Assembly (NCBI GenBank): GCA_037139685.1
Contig: JBAXFZ010000001.1
Span: 1 to 58,882, forward strand
Direction of reading: 5' to 3'
DNA: 58,882 nt
Origin: Bacteroidota bacterium
GTDB taxonomy: Bacteria > Bacteroidota > Bacteroidia > Bacteroidales > FEN-979
The notes under the pieces were generated by a model, which searched no databases, was not told where the DNA came from, and worked only from the letters and a program-made list of their open reading frames with translations. The position numbers and the translations under genes were made by a program. Shown here piece after piece: positions 9,461 to 17,564 of the stretch; position 1 is the stretch's first letter; each line of letters starts with the position of its first letter.

Positions 9461-10023
9461 GTCGAATCGTCAGGTTTGTTTTTGTTTGCGTTGTCTCTAA
9501 GTTCGTCGAGAATTTTATCGACCCTGCCCGGAGTCAGGTGTTCATAATAGCCGTTGTTTACCTGCATCACTGGGCCGGTACCGCACGAGCCAAGGCATTC
9601 CACCTCTTTCAGGGTAAAAAGCCCGTCGCCGGTGGTCTCACCCGGCCTGACCTGCAGCACTTCCCGGAGGTGCTCCATAATCTTCTCACCTCCCGAAATG
9701 GCACAGGGGCCTGTCCGGCAGACTTCTATCACATAGTTGCCCATTTTGTCAAGATAAAACATTGAATAAAAGGTCGCCACCTCGTACACCTCAATCGGTT
9801 CAATCCCCAGCAGCGATGCCACATAATCCATGACATCCACCGAAAGATAGCCGCCCAGCTCCTCCTGTGCCATATGCAAAACAGGCAGCAAGGCCGATTT
9901 TTGCCGGCCTTCAGGATACCGGAGAATCAATTGTTGTATCTTTTCCAGCGTAGCGCGGGAAAATGCAACGGGTTTGTTCTCCTTTACAAATTGATGGTGG
10001 TTTACCCTGTTTGTTTCGTTCAT
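9439..10023 (-). CDS. nuoE: NADH-quinone oxidoreductase subunit E ([2Fe-2S])
   Basis: Contains CRTGPC...CLGSCGTGPVMQVN. The track start at 10053 is TTG inside a palindrome and the first ATG is at 10023. The gene overlaps the nuoF start by 22 nt. Confidence 0.88.
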   Translation of the reverse strand: MNETNRVNHHQFVKENKPVAFSRATLEKIQQLILRYPEGRQKSALLPVLHMAQEELGGYLSVDVMDYVASLLGIEPIEVYEVATFYSMFYLDKMGNYVIEVCRTGPCAISGGEKIMEHLREVLQVRPGETTGDGLFTLKEVECLGSCGTGPVMQVNNGYYEHLTPGRVDKILDELRDNANKNKPDDSTWVEKFC

Positions 10024-10045
10024 TTTATTTTTCGATTCATTCTTT

Positions 10046-10069
10046 AGAGACAAGGCATGCCTTGTCTCT
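10046..10069. repeat. 24-nt perfect palindrome between nuoD and nuoE
   Basis: AGAGACAAGGCA|TGCCTTGTCTCT. Confidence 0.95.
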
Positions 10070-10087
10070 TCAAATATCGTTTATGGT

Positions 10088-11266
10088 TTATGCATCCAAT
10101 TCACCGGCGATCACATTCATGCTGCTCATTGTCAGGATTGCATCCGAAAGGACGCCCCCGCGGATCATTTCAGGATAGGCCTGGTAATAGATAAAACTGG
10201 GCCTGCGGAAATGCAGCCTGAAGGGTGTCCTGCCCCCGTCGCTCACCAGGTAAAATCCCAGTTCGCCATTGCCGCCCTCCACCGAATGGAACACTTCGCC
10301 AACAGGGACCTCGATCTCTCCCATCACTATTTTAAAATGCCAGATCAGGGCCTCCATTTTTGAGTAAACCTCCTGTTTCGGGGGGAGGAAAAACTGGGGG
10401 ACGTCCATATGAAAATCGCCTTCGGGAAGGTTTTCCAAGGCATTGCGGACCAGTTTGACACTTTCCCAGATCTCCTGCTGCCTTACGCAAAACCGGTCGT
10501 AGGTGTCGCCCTGCGTTCCGATGGGGATTTCAAACTCGAAATCCCCGTAACTGCTGTAAGGGGTCATCACCCTCACATCATAATCGACACCCGCAGCCCG
10601 CAGGTTTGGGCCGGAAAATCCATAATTTACAGCCCGTTCCGCCGAGATCGGGCCAACACCGATGGTGCGGTCCATGAATATGCGGTTTCGCATCAGCAAT
10701 TTTTCAAATTCATGAAGCACCTTTGGGAGGTGATCCAGGAATTCCCTGATCTTTTTGACCGCCTTCAGCGAAAGGTCGCGTTCAAACCCCCCGATGCGCC
10801 CCATGTTGGTGGTAAGGCGGGCCCCTGAGACCTCTTCGTAAATTTCATAAACACGCTCCCTTTCCTGGAATACATAAATAAAGCCGGTGAGGGCGCCGCT
10901 GTCGACCCCCACCACGCTGTTGCATACCAGGTGGTCAGTGATGCGGGCCAGTTCCATCAGGATGATCCGCAGGTAGTCAATACGTTTCGAAGTTTTAACG
11001 CCAAGGAGTTTTTCTACCGTCATATGCCATCCGATGTTGTTGATGGGCGACGAGCAATAGTTGAGGCGGTCGGTAAGCGGGGTAATCTGGTAATAGGGCC
11101 GGTGTTCGGCAATCTTTTCAAATGCACGGTGGATGTAGCCGATGGTTTGTTCAGCATCGATGATCTGTTCCCCGTCCATCGTGAGCACATTCTGGAAAAT
11201 CCCATGCGTTGCCGGATGGGTGGGGCCCAGGTTGAGGGTGGTATATTGCTTGTCGGCTGTCTCCAT
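10088..11266 (-). CDS. nuoD: NADH-quinone oxidoreductase subunit D
   Basis: 392 aa, beginning [18 protein letters not shown] and ending [40 protein letters not shown] (49-kDa subunit signature). Confidence 0.94.
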   Translation of the reverse strand: METADKQYTTLNLGPTHPATHGIFQNVLTMDGEQIIDAEQTIGYIHRAFEKIAEHRPYYQITPLTDRLNYCSSPINNIGWHMTVEKLLGVKTSKRIDYLRIILMELARITDHLVCNSVVGVDSGALTGFIYVFQERERVYEIYEEVSGARLTTNMGRIGGFERDLSLKAVKKIREFLDHLPKVLHEFEKLLMRNRIFMDRTIGVGPISAERAVNYGFSGPNLRAAGVDYDVRVMTPYSSYGDFEFEIPIGTQGDTYDRFCVRQQEIWESVKLVRNALENLPEGDFHMDVPQFFLPPKQEVYSKMEALIWHFKIVMGEIEVPVGEVFHSVEGGNGELGFYLVSDGGRTPFRLHFRRPSFIYYQAYPEMIRGGVLSDAILTMSSMNVIAGELDA

Positions 11267-11275
11267 ACGGAAATT

Positions 11276-11363
11276 AAATAGCGAAATGGCGAAATGGCGA
11301 AATAGTAAAGTAGCGAGGCAGCGAGGTAGCGAGGTAGTGAAATGGTGAAATGGTGAAAATGGC
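11276..11363. repeat. 11-unit degenerate octamer tandem array (nuoC-nuoD spacer)
   Basis: The units read AAATAGCG AAATGGCG AAATGGCG AAATAGTA AAGTAGCG AGGCAGCG AGGTAGCG AGGTAGTG AAATGGTG AAATGGTG AAAATGGC. Confidence 0.95.
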
Positions 11364-11394
11364 CGTAAAATTCATAGTTTTAATTATCATTTTT

Positions 11395-11889
11395 TTATCT
11401 GCCAAAATAGCGGTCGTCCTTGTCTTCCCGCGTCGGATCCTCGAGCGGGTATTCCTTGCGCATGGGGAAAAAATCCATGTATTCGACATTTAATATTCGT
11501 TTTAGGTTCGGGTGGCCGGTAAACAGGATCCCGTAAAAATCGTATGTTTCACGCTCCATCCAGTTGGCCGACGAAAAAAGGTCGGTAACCGTGGCGACTG
11601 ACGGATCGGCTGCCGTGACAAAGGTCTTTATGCGGATCCGGTTATTTTCCCTGAGGTTATGCAGGTGATAAACCACGCCAAGAGGCAGCCCCCGGTCGGG
11701 GTAATGGATTCCGCATAAATCGGTGAGCATTGTGAACTGCAGCTGTTCATCCTCCCTGAGCAGCCTGATAACCTCGTGGATCACAGGATGAGAGACCGTG
11801 ACTGTAAGGATGTCAGAAGCAGTATCCATCTTCAGGATATCCCGGCCAAAGGCCTTATACAACTTATCGATTACGAACGCGTTCTCCAT
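11395..11889 (-). CDS. nuoC: NADH-quinone oxidoreductase subunit C
   Basis: 164 aa, contains SANWMERETYDFYGILFTGHPNLKRIL (30-kDa subunit signature). It is separate from nuoD. Confidence 0.9.
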   Translation of the reverse strand: MENAFVIDKLYKAFGRDILKMDTASDILTVTVSHPVIHEVIRLLREDEQLQFTMLTDLCGIHYPDRGLPLGVVYHLHNLRENNRIRIKTFVTAADPSVATVTDLFSSANWMERETYDFYGILFTGHPNLKRILNVEYMDFFPMRKEYPLEDPTREDKDDRYFGR

Positions 11890-11981
11890 CAGTCTTTACC
11901 AGTTTTCACAATTGCCTGAAACCCGAATCCTGCTATTTATTCTCAATTAATTATTTTTTCGCCTTCCCGGCTCTTTTTCAA

Positions 11982-12000
11982 TTTCGCTATTTCGCTATTT
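11982..12000. repeat. inverted-orientation octamer repeat (CGCTATTT x2) at the nuoB stop
   Basis: TTTCGCTATTTCGCTATTT is the reverse complement of AAATAGCGAAATAGCGAAA. Confidence 0.9.
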
Positions 12001-12557
12001 TACACTAGTATCCCATACCCCCTCAGCAACTCCTTGTACTCCTCCGAATATCGCCGCCTGAGCGGTTCATTCCCCACAAGGTCCTGGATTTTCATGAACC
12101 CATCAATGATCTGTTCGGGCCGGGGTGGACAACCGGGGACATAAACATCCACGGGCACTACCCGGTCGATCCCCTGCAGTACGCTGTAGGTGTCGAAGAT
12201 GCCCCCGCTTGAGGCGCATGCACCGACAGCCAGCACCCACCGGGGCTCGGCCATCTGGATATAGACCTGCTGTATTACCGGTGCCATTTTTTTGGCAATG
12301 GTTCCCATCACCATCAGCAGGTCGGCCTGCCGTGGACTGAAACTCAGCCGTTCAGCTCCAAAGCGGCCAAGATCATAATTGGCCCCCATGGTTGCCATGA
12401 ACTCAATACCGCAGCAGGAGGTGGCGAACGGCAATGGCCAGATGGAGTTTTTCCTAGCCATCCCGATCACCTTGTCGAAGGTAGTGGCAAAGATCCCGGG
12501 AGCTGTGTAACCCTCCGGAGCATCGGCCTTGCTGTATGTTTTTATGTTTGTATCCAT
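12000..12557 (-). CDS. nuoB: NADH-quinone oxidoreductase subunit B
   Basis: Contains [16 protein letters not shown] and VPGCPPRPE. The upstream ATG at 12629 would translate a repeat array, so I prefer ATG 12557 (MDTNIK...). Confidence 0.9.
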   Translation of the reverse strand: MDTNIKTYSKADAPEGYTAPGIFATTFDKVIGMARKNSIWPLPFATSCCGIEFMATMGANYDLGRFGAERLSFSPRQADLLMVMGTIAKKMAPVIQQVYIQMAEPRWVLAVGACASSGGIFDTYSVLQGIDRVVPVDVYVPGCPPRPEQIIDGFMKIQDLVGNEPLRRRYSEEYKELLRGYGILV

Positions 12558-12566
12558 GTTGTGAAT

Positions 12567-12594
12567 GCAAAAATCAAAAATCAAAATGCAAAAC
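12567..12594. repeat. 4-unit heptamer array upstream of nuoB
   Basis: The units read GCAAAAA TCAAAAA TCAAAAT GCAAAAC. Confidence 0.9.
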
Positions 12595-12645
12595 GAAGGA
12601 GTTTTCCAGCCGTTTCCGTAAAATTTCATTTTTATTTTTCACTCT

Positions 12646-12697
12646 GCATTTTTTTCATTTTTCATTTTGCATTTTGCATTTTGCATTTTTTTCATTT
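12646..12697. repeat. heptamer array (TCATTTT/GCATTTT) abutting the nuoA stop; inverted partner of 12567-12594
   Basis: The array contains TCATTTT TCATTTT GCATTTT GCATTTT GCATTTT. TTTTGCATTT is complementary to AAATGCAAAA at 12584-12593. Confidence 0.9.
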
Positions 12698-13079
12698 AAT
12701 CTTCCCAGTTCAACGCCCCTTTACTGATGATGTAATAAAAACCGAAAAGCAGGAAACCCAGGAAAAGGAGCATTTCCCAGAAGCCATCCCATCCGAATTC
12801 CTTGAAATTAATGGCCCAGGGATAAAAGAAAATGATCTCCACGTCGAACAGTACAAAGAGGATGGCTATCAGGAAATACTTGACAGAGAAGGGGAAACGC
12901 GCATTCCCCTTCACCTCGATGCCGCATTCAAAATTCTGGTCCTTGCGGATTGTATGGAATTTCTTGCGCTTCCCGCCGATAAAATGGGTTGCGAACATGG
13001 TGACCACCACAAAACCCAGGGCAACTACCGACTGAACAAGCACCGGGATATAATCTGAAGGGATGAAGATCCTGTCCAT
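12696..13079 (-). CDS. nuoA: NADH-quinone oxidoreductase subunit A
   Basis: 127-aa protein with three TM segments, contains FECGIEVKGNARFPFSVKYFLIAILFVLFDVEIIFFYPW (ND3/NuoA signature). It is the first gene of the operon. Confidence 0.9.
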   Translation of the reverse strand: MDRIFIPSDYIPVLVQSVVALGFVVVTMFATHFIGGKRKKFHTIRKDQNFECGIEVKGNARFPFSVKYFLIAILFVLFDVEIIFFYPWAINFKEFGWDGFWEMLLFLGFLLFGFYYIISKGALNWED

Positions 13080-13098
13080 TATTTAGAATTATTCTTGA

Positions 13099-13106
13099 CA
13101 AAGGTA
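13099..13106 (-). promoter_or_regulatory. candidate Bacteroidota -7 box (TAnnTTTG) for the nuo operon
   Basis: The minus strand reads TACCTTTG, 19 nt upstream of the nuoA ATG. The -33 TTTG element is not clear. Confidence 0.3.
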
Positions 13107-13213
13107 TATAATTTTTTCAATCACCGTTATAATCTTCACAAAGAAATTGGTTGAATCCTGTTGAAATGAACGAACTATCACTCCATTATATGTTGAAAAA
13201 GAAAGTAATTCGC

Positions 13214-13221
13214 TATTTTTG
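13214..13221 (+). promoter_or_regulatory. candidate Bacteroidota -7 box (TAnnTTTG) for the fucosidase gene
   Basis: TATTTTTG lies 20 nt upstream of ATG 13242. Confidence 0.3.
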
Positions 13222-13241
13222 TTGTGAATCCCGTCACTGAT

Positions 13242-14702
13242 ATGAAACAGCTTCTTCCCCCCCTGTTTTTCCTGATCATGATCCTTCAATTGCAGGCCCA
13301 GGAATTGGGGACCGGCAATGCCGTAAGGATCTACCCTGGCGAAACACCCCGTGAGATCTATAAAAAAGCGGCTCATGTAGTGCCGACCAGCCGGCAGGCT
13401 GACTGGCAGGAACTTGAATTCACAATTTTTATCCATTTCGGGATGAACACCTTTACAAACCGTGAATGGGGGGAGAAGGGAACCTCCCCTTCGCTGTTCA
13501 ACCCGACGGCACTTGATGCGGGGCAATGGGTGGCCACGGCGAAGATGGCAGGTGCCCGGCTGGTGATCATGGTTGCCAAACATCACGATGGTTTTTGCTT
13601 GTGGCCAACCAGGTTCAGCGATTACAGCATAAAAAACTCGCCCTGGAAAGGCGGGAAGGGGGATATCCTTGCCGAGGTGGCGGCAGCCTGTAAAAAACAG
13701 GGGATGAAGCTCGGGGTCTATATCTCCCCCTGGGACATCAACTCCCCGCTATATGGAACCGAAGCATACAATGAACATTTCAGGAACCAGCTCACCGAGC
13801 TCCTGACCCATTACGGACCCATTGACGAGGTTTGGTTCGACGGGGCCTGCGGGGAGGGCCCGAACGGAAAGCGCCAGGTTTACGACTGGCTGAGCTATTA
13901 CCGGGTGATCCGCAAATTACAGCCAAAAGCGGTGATTGCCATAAGCGGACCCGATGTCAGGTGGGTTGGCACCGAATCGGGCTATGGCCGGGAAACCGAA
14001 TGGAGTGTAATTCCGGCAAAGGCTGCCACATTAAACGAAATCAAGGCCGGTGCAGGGAAGGGATCAACAAGGGAGGGGCTCTTTTTTCCTCCGGGGGACA
14101 TGATGGAACAGGATCTTGGCAGCCGGGCGAAAATTGAGCATGCAGCCGGTTTGATCTGGTATCCCTCGGAAGTGGATGTTTCAATCCGCCCGGGCTGGTT
14201 TTACCACCAGGCGGAGGACTCGCTGGTAAAGAGCCCCGCAACACTGGAGGATATCTGGTACAGCTCCGTCGGGCGCAATTCGGTCCTGTTGCTGAACCTG
14301 CCCCCCGACAGGCGGGGGCTGATCCATGAAAACGACGTTGCCGCCCTGAAAAAAATGAAAACAGTACTTGATGCAACCTTTGGCAATAACCTGGCAAAAG
14401 ATGCCGACATTTTCAGAAATGATTCACTAATCCAGCTCGATCTAAGGAACCCGGCGGTTTTTGACCGGGTTATGCTGCGCGAAGATTTCCGGCATGGCCA
14501 GAAAGTCGAGGCTTTTATTCTCGAAACATGGGATGGCGGCAGCTGGAATTTGATCTGCCGGGGAACGACGATCGGTTACAAACGCCTCCTGCGTTTTGAT
14601 CCGGTCAGGTCGGGCAAAATCAGGCTGCGGATCACCTCCTCTCGGGATGTTCCTGAAATCCTGGAGTTCGGTCTCTACAAAGAGCCGGCTGAACAGCCCT
14701 GA
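13242..14702 (+). CDS. alpha-L-fucosidase (GH29) with C-terminal discoidin-like domain, secreted
   Basis: Contains AKHHDGFCLWPT, a GH29-type motif. The signal peptide is MKQLLPPLFFLIMILQLQAQ. The track start at 13224 is GTG; ATG 13242 lies about 20 nt after a TAnnTTTG box. Confidence 0.82.
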   Translation: MKQLLPPLFFLIMILQLQAQELGTGNAVRIYPGETPREIYKKAAHVVPTSRQADWQELEFTIFIHFGMNTFTNREWGEKGTSPSLFNPTALDAGQWVATAKMAGARLVIMVAKHHDGFCLWPTRFSDYSIKNSPWKGGKGDILAEVAAACKKQGMKLGVYISPWDINSPLYGTEAYNEHFRNQLTELLTHYGPIDEVWFDGACGEGPNGKRQVYDWLSYYRVIRKLQPKAVIAISGPDVRWVGTESGYGRETEWSVIPAKAATLNEIKAGAGKGSTREGLFFPPGDMMEQDLGSRAKIEHAAGLIWYPSEVDVSIRPGWFYHQAEDSLVKSPATLEDIWYSSVGRNSVLLLNLPPDRRGLIHENDVAALKKMKTVLDATFGNNLAKDADIFRNDSLIQLDLRNPAVFDRVMLREDFRHGQKVEAFILETWDGGSWNLICRGTTIGYKRLLRFDPVRSGKIRLRITSSRDVPEILEFGLYKEPAEQP

Positions 14703-14710
14703 GCGGGCAA

Positions 14711-14818
14711 TTAACTCTTGTTTTTTGCCTTTTTCTCTATTTTTTCCTGGCGCTTCTCTTTCGGCGATTTGGCAGGGGCCTTTTTTACATCCTTTTTTGC
14801 GTCTTTTCCCTTTGACAT
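14711..14818 (-). CDS. small lysine-rich protein (35 aa), hypothetical
   Basis: My translation is MSKGKDAKKDVKKAPAKSPKEKRQEKIEKKAKNKS. It is below the ORF-track cutoff and is supported only by an open frame and composition. Confidence 0.3.
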   Translation of the reverse strand: MSKGKDAKKDVKKAPAKSPKEKRQEKIEKKAKNKS

Positions 14819-15024
14819 ATTTTTAGATTTTAAGTGTTAATGTTTCTTGTTATCTGATTGCTAAACTGAAAGGAGCCGCGATGGCGTGCCCCATTCATGC
14901 TAATCCGGGTCAATGTGGAACAAAGTTAATATTATTTTAATTTCTCTCACAATTTGCCAGGTTGTCTTCCTTTTTGAAAAAACCAGTCAGTGGTCAAAAT
15001 ATGAGCCGGTTAAGCATAGAAAAA

Positions 15025-15047
15025 CCGGCTCCGCTATTTGGAGCCGG
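15025..15047 (-). terminator. intrinsic terminator after the LruC gene
   Basis: The minus strand reads CCGGCTCC-AAATAGC-GGAGCCGG followed by TTTTT. It lies 25 nt after the stop at 15072. Confidence 0.65.
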
Positions 15048-15071
15048 CCTGTAAAAGCCAACAGGTGATAT

Positions 15072-16595
15072 TTAGTAAATTTTTTGCTGGTTCCGGTATC
15101 CCGGCAAATCTGAAAACCAGTCGGGGTATGCCGCACCGGCACTGGCAGCCCATTCAACAAAGTGCAGGTATGCCTCGCTGATAACCGCTTTTTCGATCGG
15201 GTAATCAAATCCCTGTAGGACGTTGACTCCCCATGGCAGGTTGTTTTTTGTTTTATAATATTTCCCTTCGGCCGGATTCGTGTCATCATCAAGGGTTCCG
15301 AAAAGGCTGCCATTCACCAGGCTGGTCGGGACATTGCCGGCAAGATGAATCTCTTTGCCGCGATCCTGGAAGTTTATCCGGACACTGTCGTTCAGCATCT
15401 GCCCTGTCCATGTTTCCGAAACAATGAAGAAATTAAAAGCACCCGGAAGCAGTTGGCTGTTTGACACGGTCCCTCCCGGAGCAGGTATGCCATTATTAAT
15501 AAAAACAAGGTGAACACCGAGGGAATCGTAGGGTGTAAAAGGTTTGTTTTTATCTGTGTTGTCGGACGGCCTGTTTGATACAATCCGGTGGGAATCGTCA
15601 AATACGATGCAGGTAGCATTATCCTGGCCGCTTTCAAGTCCGTTGGCATTGAAATGATAAATTGAGGCAGGACTTACGGCACTCCCCGAAACACTAATAA
15701 TCTTATCAGGAGATATCCCGTCAAGCTGGAAACCAAAGCCATCATTAAAGCAGGAGCCGGAAGCACGCAAAACAAACGCAGCGAAAACCTCAACTACGTT
15801 GTTTGATGCATTGGTGACTGTTTTCAACCTGTAATCAACGACCACATCATTCATGTCATAATCGCCTTTTGCCGGCCAGAGGTCTTCAAAGGCCAGGGTT
15901 CCCGACTGGTTCGCTGAAGGGAAATAGCTGTTGTAGGCCCTGTTGGGATCATTCGGGTAGGCGTCGTCGGCATCGGCCACGCCATCACCATCGGCATCCT
16001 GGATAACGGCCAGGGGAATACAACCATTGGCCGGATCAGACCAATAGGTTCCCGGAAAAATGAAATTATCGGAATAGGCTCTTTCGTTGCCACCGGCACC
16101 GGCAAAACTGACCCTGATTTTATACACCGAGGTTGAATTTTGTATGGCTGCAGGGATCGGGGCCGTGATATTCCTGATGGTGGTTACGTTAAAGTCCGGG
16201 AAGTTGTAAGAGTAAAATTGCACTGGGGTGCCTTCGCCGTATGCCGCTGTGCCATCGTAAGGTATGTACCAAAGGGTGATGAATTTGGATGTAACCCCGT
16301 TTCCGGCCCCGTCGAGACGTGTCTGGAAGGTAATGTTTCCATTTCCTGCAAGCATCCAGGGTGTCTTAATCCAGCATGCTGTGGGGGCTGAATTGGTTAA
16401 TGAATTGCTTTTCGTGGACCATGCGCCGCCGATTACCAGGCTGGCAGTATTTGAGTACGATGTTGCCCCGAATCCCCAGCAGTTTCCCTGCTCTATGGCA
16501 CGGTTTCCCGACTCGCAGTTTAAGGTCACCTGCGCCATGCCGGCTGAAAGTGCAATGAGGGTGATGATCGAGGTTAAAATGATAATTTTTTTCAT
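15072..16595 (-). CDS. LruC domain-containing secreted protein
   Basis: It has a signal peptide and a thrombospondin-type-3-like segment DADGDGVADADDAYPNDPN. This is followed by TLAFEDLWPAKGDYDMNDVVVDY, which I recognise as the LruC-domain core. Confidence 0.72.
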   Translation of the reverse strand: MKKIIILTSIITLIALSAGMAQVTLNCESGNRAIEQGNCWGFGATSYSNTASLVIGGAWSTKSNSLTNSAPTACWIKTPWMLAGNGNITFQTRLDGAGNGVTSKFITLWYIPYDGTAAYGEGTPVQFYSYNFPDFNVTTIRNITAPIPAAIQNSTSVYKIRVSFAGAGGNERAYSDNFIFPGTYWSDPANGCIPLAVIQDADGDGVADADDAYPNDPNRAYNSYFPSANQSGTLAFEDLWPAKGDYDMNDVVVDYRLKTVTNASNNVVEVFAAFVLRASGSCFNDGFGFQLDGISPDKIISVSGSAVSPASIYHFNANGLESGQDNATCIVFDDSHRIVSNRPSDNTDKNKPFTPYDSLGVHLVFINNGIPAPGGTVSNSQLLPGAFNFFIVSETWTGQMLNDSVRINFQDRGKEIHLAGNVPTSLVNGSLFGTLDDDTNPAEGKYYKTKNNLPWGVNVLQGFDYPIEKAVISEAYLHFVEWAASAGAAYPDWFSDLPGYRNQQKIY

Positions 16596-16615
16596 CTGAG
16601 GAGGTTATTAGGTGT

Positions 16616-17020
16616 TTATTTATCAGTAATGACCGGGATGAAGGAAAACGATGCCTGGCGGTTGACAATGTCAACTGAATAGGCAACTGTTCCGTATTTC
16701 AGTGTCAGCACCCTGACGGTTGCGGGGACCATCAGTGTGATGGCTGTATTCTCATCCATACGGTGCAGCTTGCTGAAAAGGGTTGTGCCATCAGCGAGTC
16801 CGATGGTCAGGGTTGATTTCACCGGGACAGTGGTCGGCAGGCCTGTGATTTTTACCTCAACAAGGCTGCCTGTGCTCCAGTTGAATGAATCGGCAGCCTT
16901 TAACTCACTGAGTGTTTTGGCTGGGGTTTTAACGGTGGGTACAATCTCGTTTTTTTTGCAGCCACTGAAAAGGGCTCCGGTGATGGCAGTGATCAGGAGG
17001 ATCAGTCGTATTGTTCTCAT
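16616..17020 (-). CDS. small lipoprotein, hypothetical (first gene of the LruC operon)
   Basis: The N-terminus is MRTIRLILLITAITGALFSGC (lipobox). I prefer the start at 17020 because the sigma-54 promoter at 17042-17058 would place the transcription start downstream of the 17038 ATG. Confidence 0.6.
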   Translation of the reverse strand: MRTIRLILLITAITGALFSGCKKNEIVPTVKTPAKTLSELKAADSFNWSTGSLVEVKITGLPTTVPVKSTLTIGLADGTTLFSKLHRMDENTAITLMVPATVRVLTLKYGTVAYSVDIVNRQASFSFIPVITDK

Positions 17021-17041
17021 GGGTAGGTTTTTCATCATGAG

Positions 17042-17058
17042 TGCAAAAACGATGCCAA
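17042..17058 (-). promoter_or_regulatory. sigma-54 (-24/-12) promoter of the lipoprotein-LruC operon
   Basis: The minus strand reads TTGGCAT-CGTTT-TTGCA, which fits YTGGCAC-N5-TTGCW with exact GG/GC spacing. It lies in the spacer directly upstream of ORF 16616-17020 and about 100 nt downstream of the Hpt + bEBP gene pair. Confidence 0.7.
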
Positions 17059-17154
17059 CATGGGGTACTACAAATAATTACCTGATATTGTGTTGATTAG
17101 AAAATCGAGCCTTTAATTAACGGGGGATTTTTTCTAAGAAAGAGATAGTTTGTC

Positions 17155-17502
17155 TCAAATCAGGCGCAAATGGTCGTTAACCTCCTGGATTATCTTCCCA
17201 AGTTTCAGCAGGAGGATCGAGAATTCTGGTCTTTCCATTGAAGCGGCCTCGGAATGTTCAATCTGGGTGATTATGTCCGTAGCACTTGAAACTCCCATCA
17301 CCATGATGGCTGGTTTCATCTTATGCAGGACCGCCTTTATCATGTCAAAGTCGCGGTTATCGGCATGCTGCCTTATTTCCAGCAAGGCAGTCTCGTTTTG
17401 TGAAACGAACAGGCTGATCATTTGTTTGAAGAAAACATTATCTCCGGCAGAAATGGTCTGGAGTTCCTTCAGGTCATATAATTTTTCCAGCCTGTTTTCC
17501 AT
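17155..17502 (-). CDS. Hpt (histidine phosphotransfer) domain protein
   Basis: Contains AVLHKMKPAIMVMG, which fits the HxxKG-type Hpt motif in a helical roughly 115-aa protein. The track start at 17532 is TTG and the first ATG is at 17502. Confidence 0.68.
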   Translation of the reverse strand: MENRLEKLYDLKELQTISAGDNVFFKQMISLFVSQNETALLEIRQHADNRDFDMIKAVLHKMKPAIMVMGVSSATDIITQIEHSEAASMERPEFSILLLKLGKIIQEVNDHLRLI

Positions 17503-17564
17503 GGCAGTGATATTTAATTTCAAGGGTATCAAGATTCCAAAATGCCGAAGGAATTCCCTTGCGG

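Noticed and set aside
11276-11363. I considered whether the tandem arrays are CRISPR-like or minisatellite mobile elements.
   Set aside because: The units are only 7-9 nt long and have no spacers. No cas genes, transposases or terminal inverted repeats are nearby. I report them as simple tandem micro-arrays instead.
12561-13058. A 165-aa plus-strand ORF and a 63-aa ORF (12536-12727) run through the nuoA/nuoB spacer. Comparable ORFs are 5097-5384 and 11274-11489.
   Set aside because: They are created by translating the heptamer and octamer arrays (FHFAFCILHF..., ISPFRHFAI...) and they overlap genuine nuo genes on the other strand.
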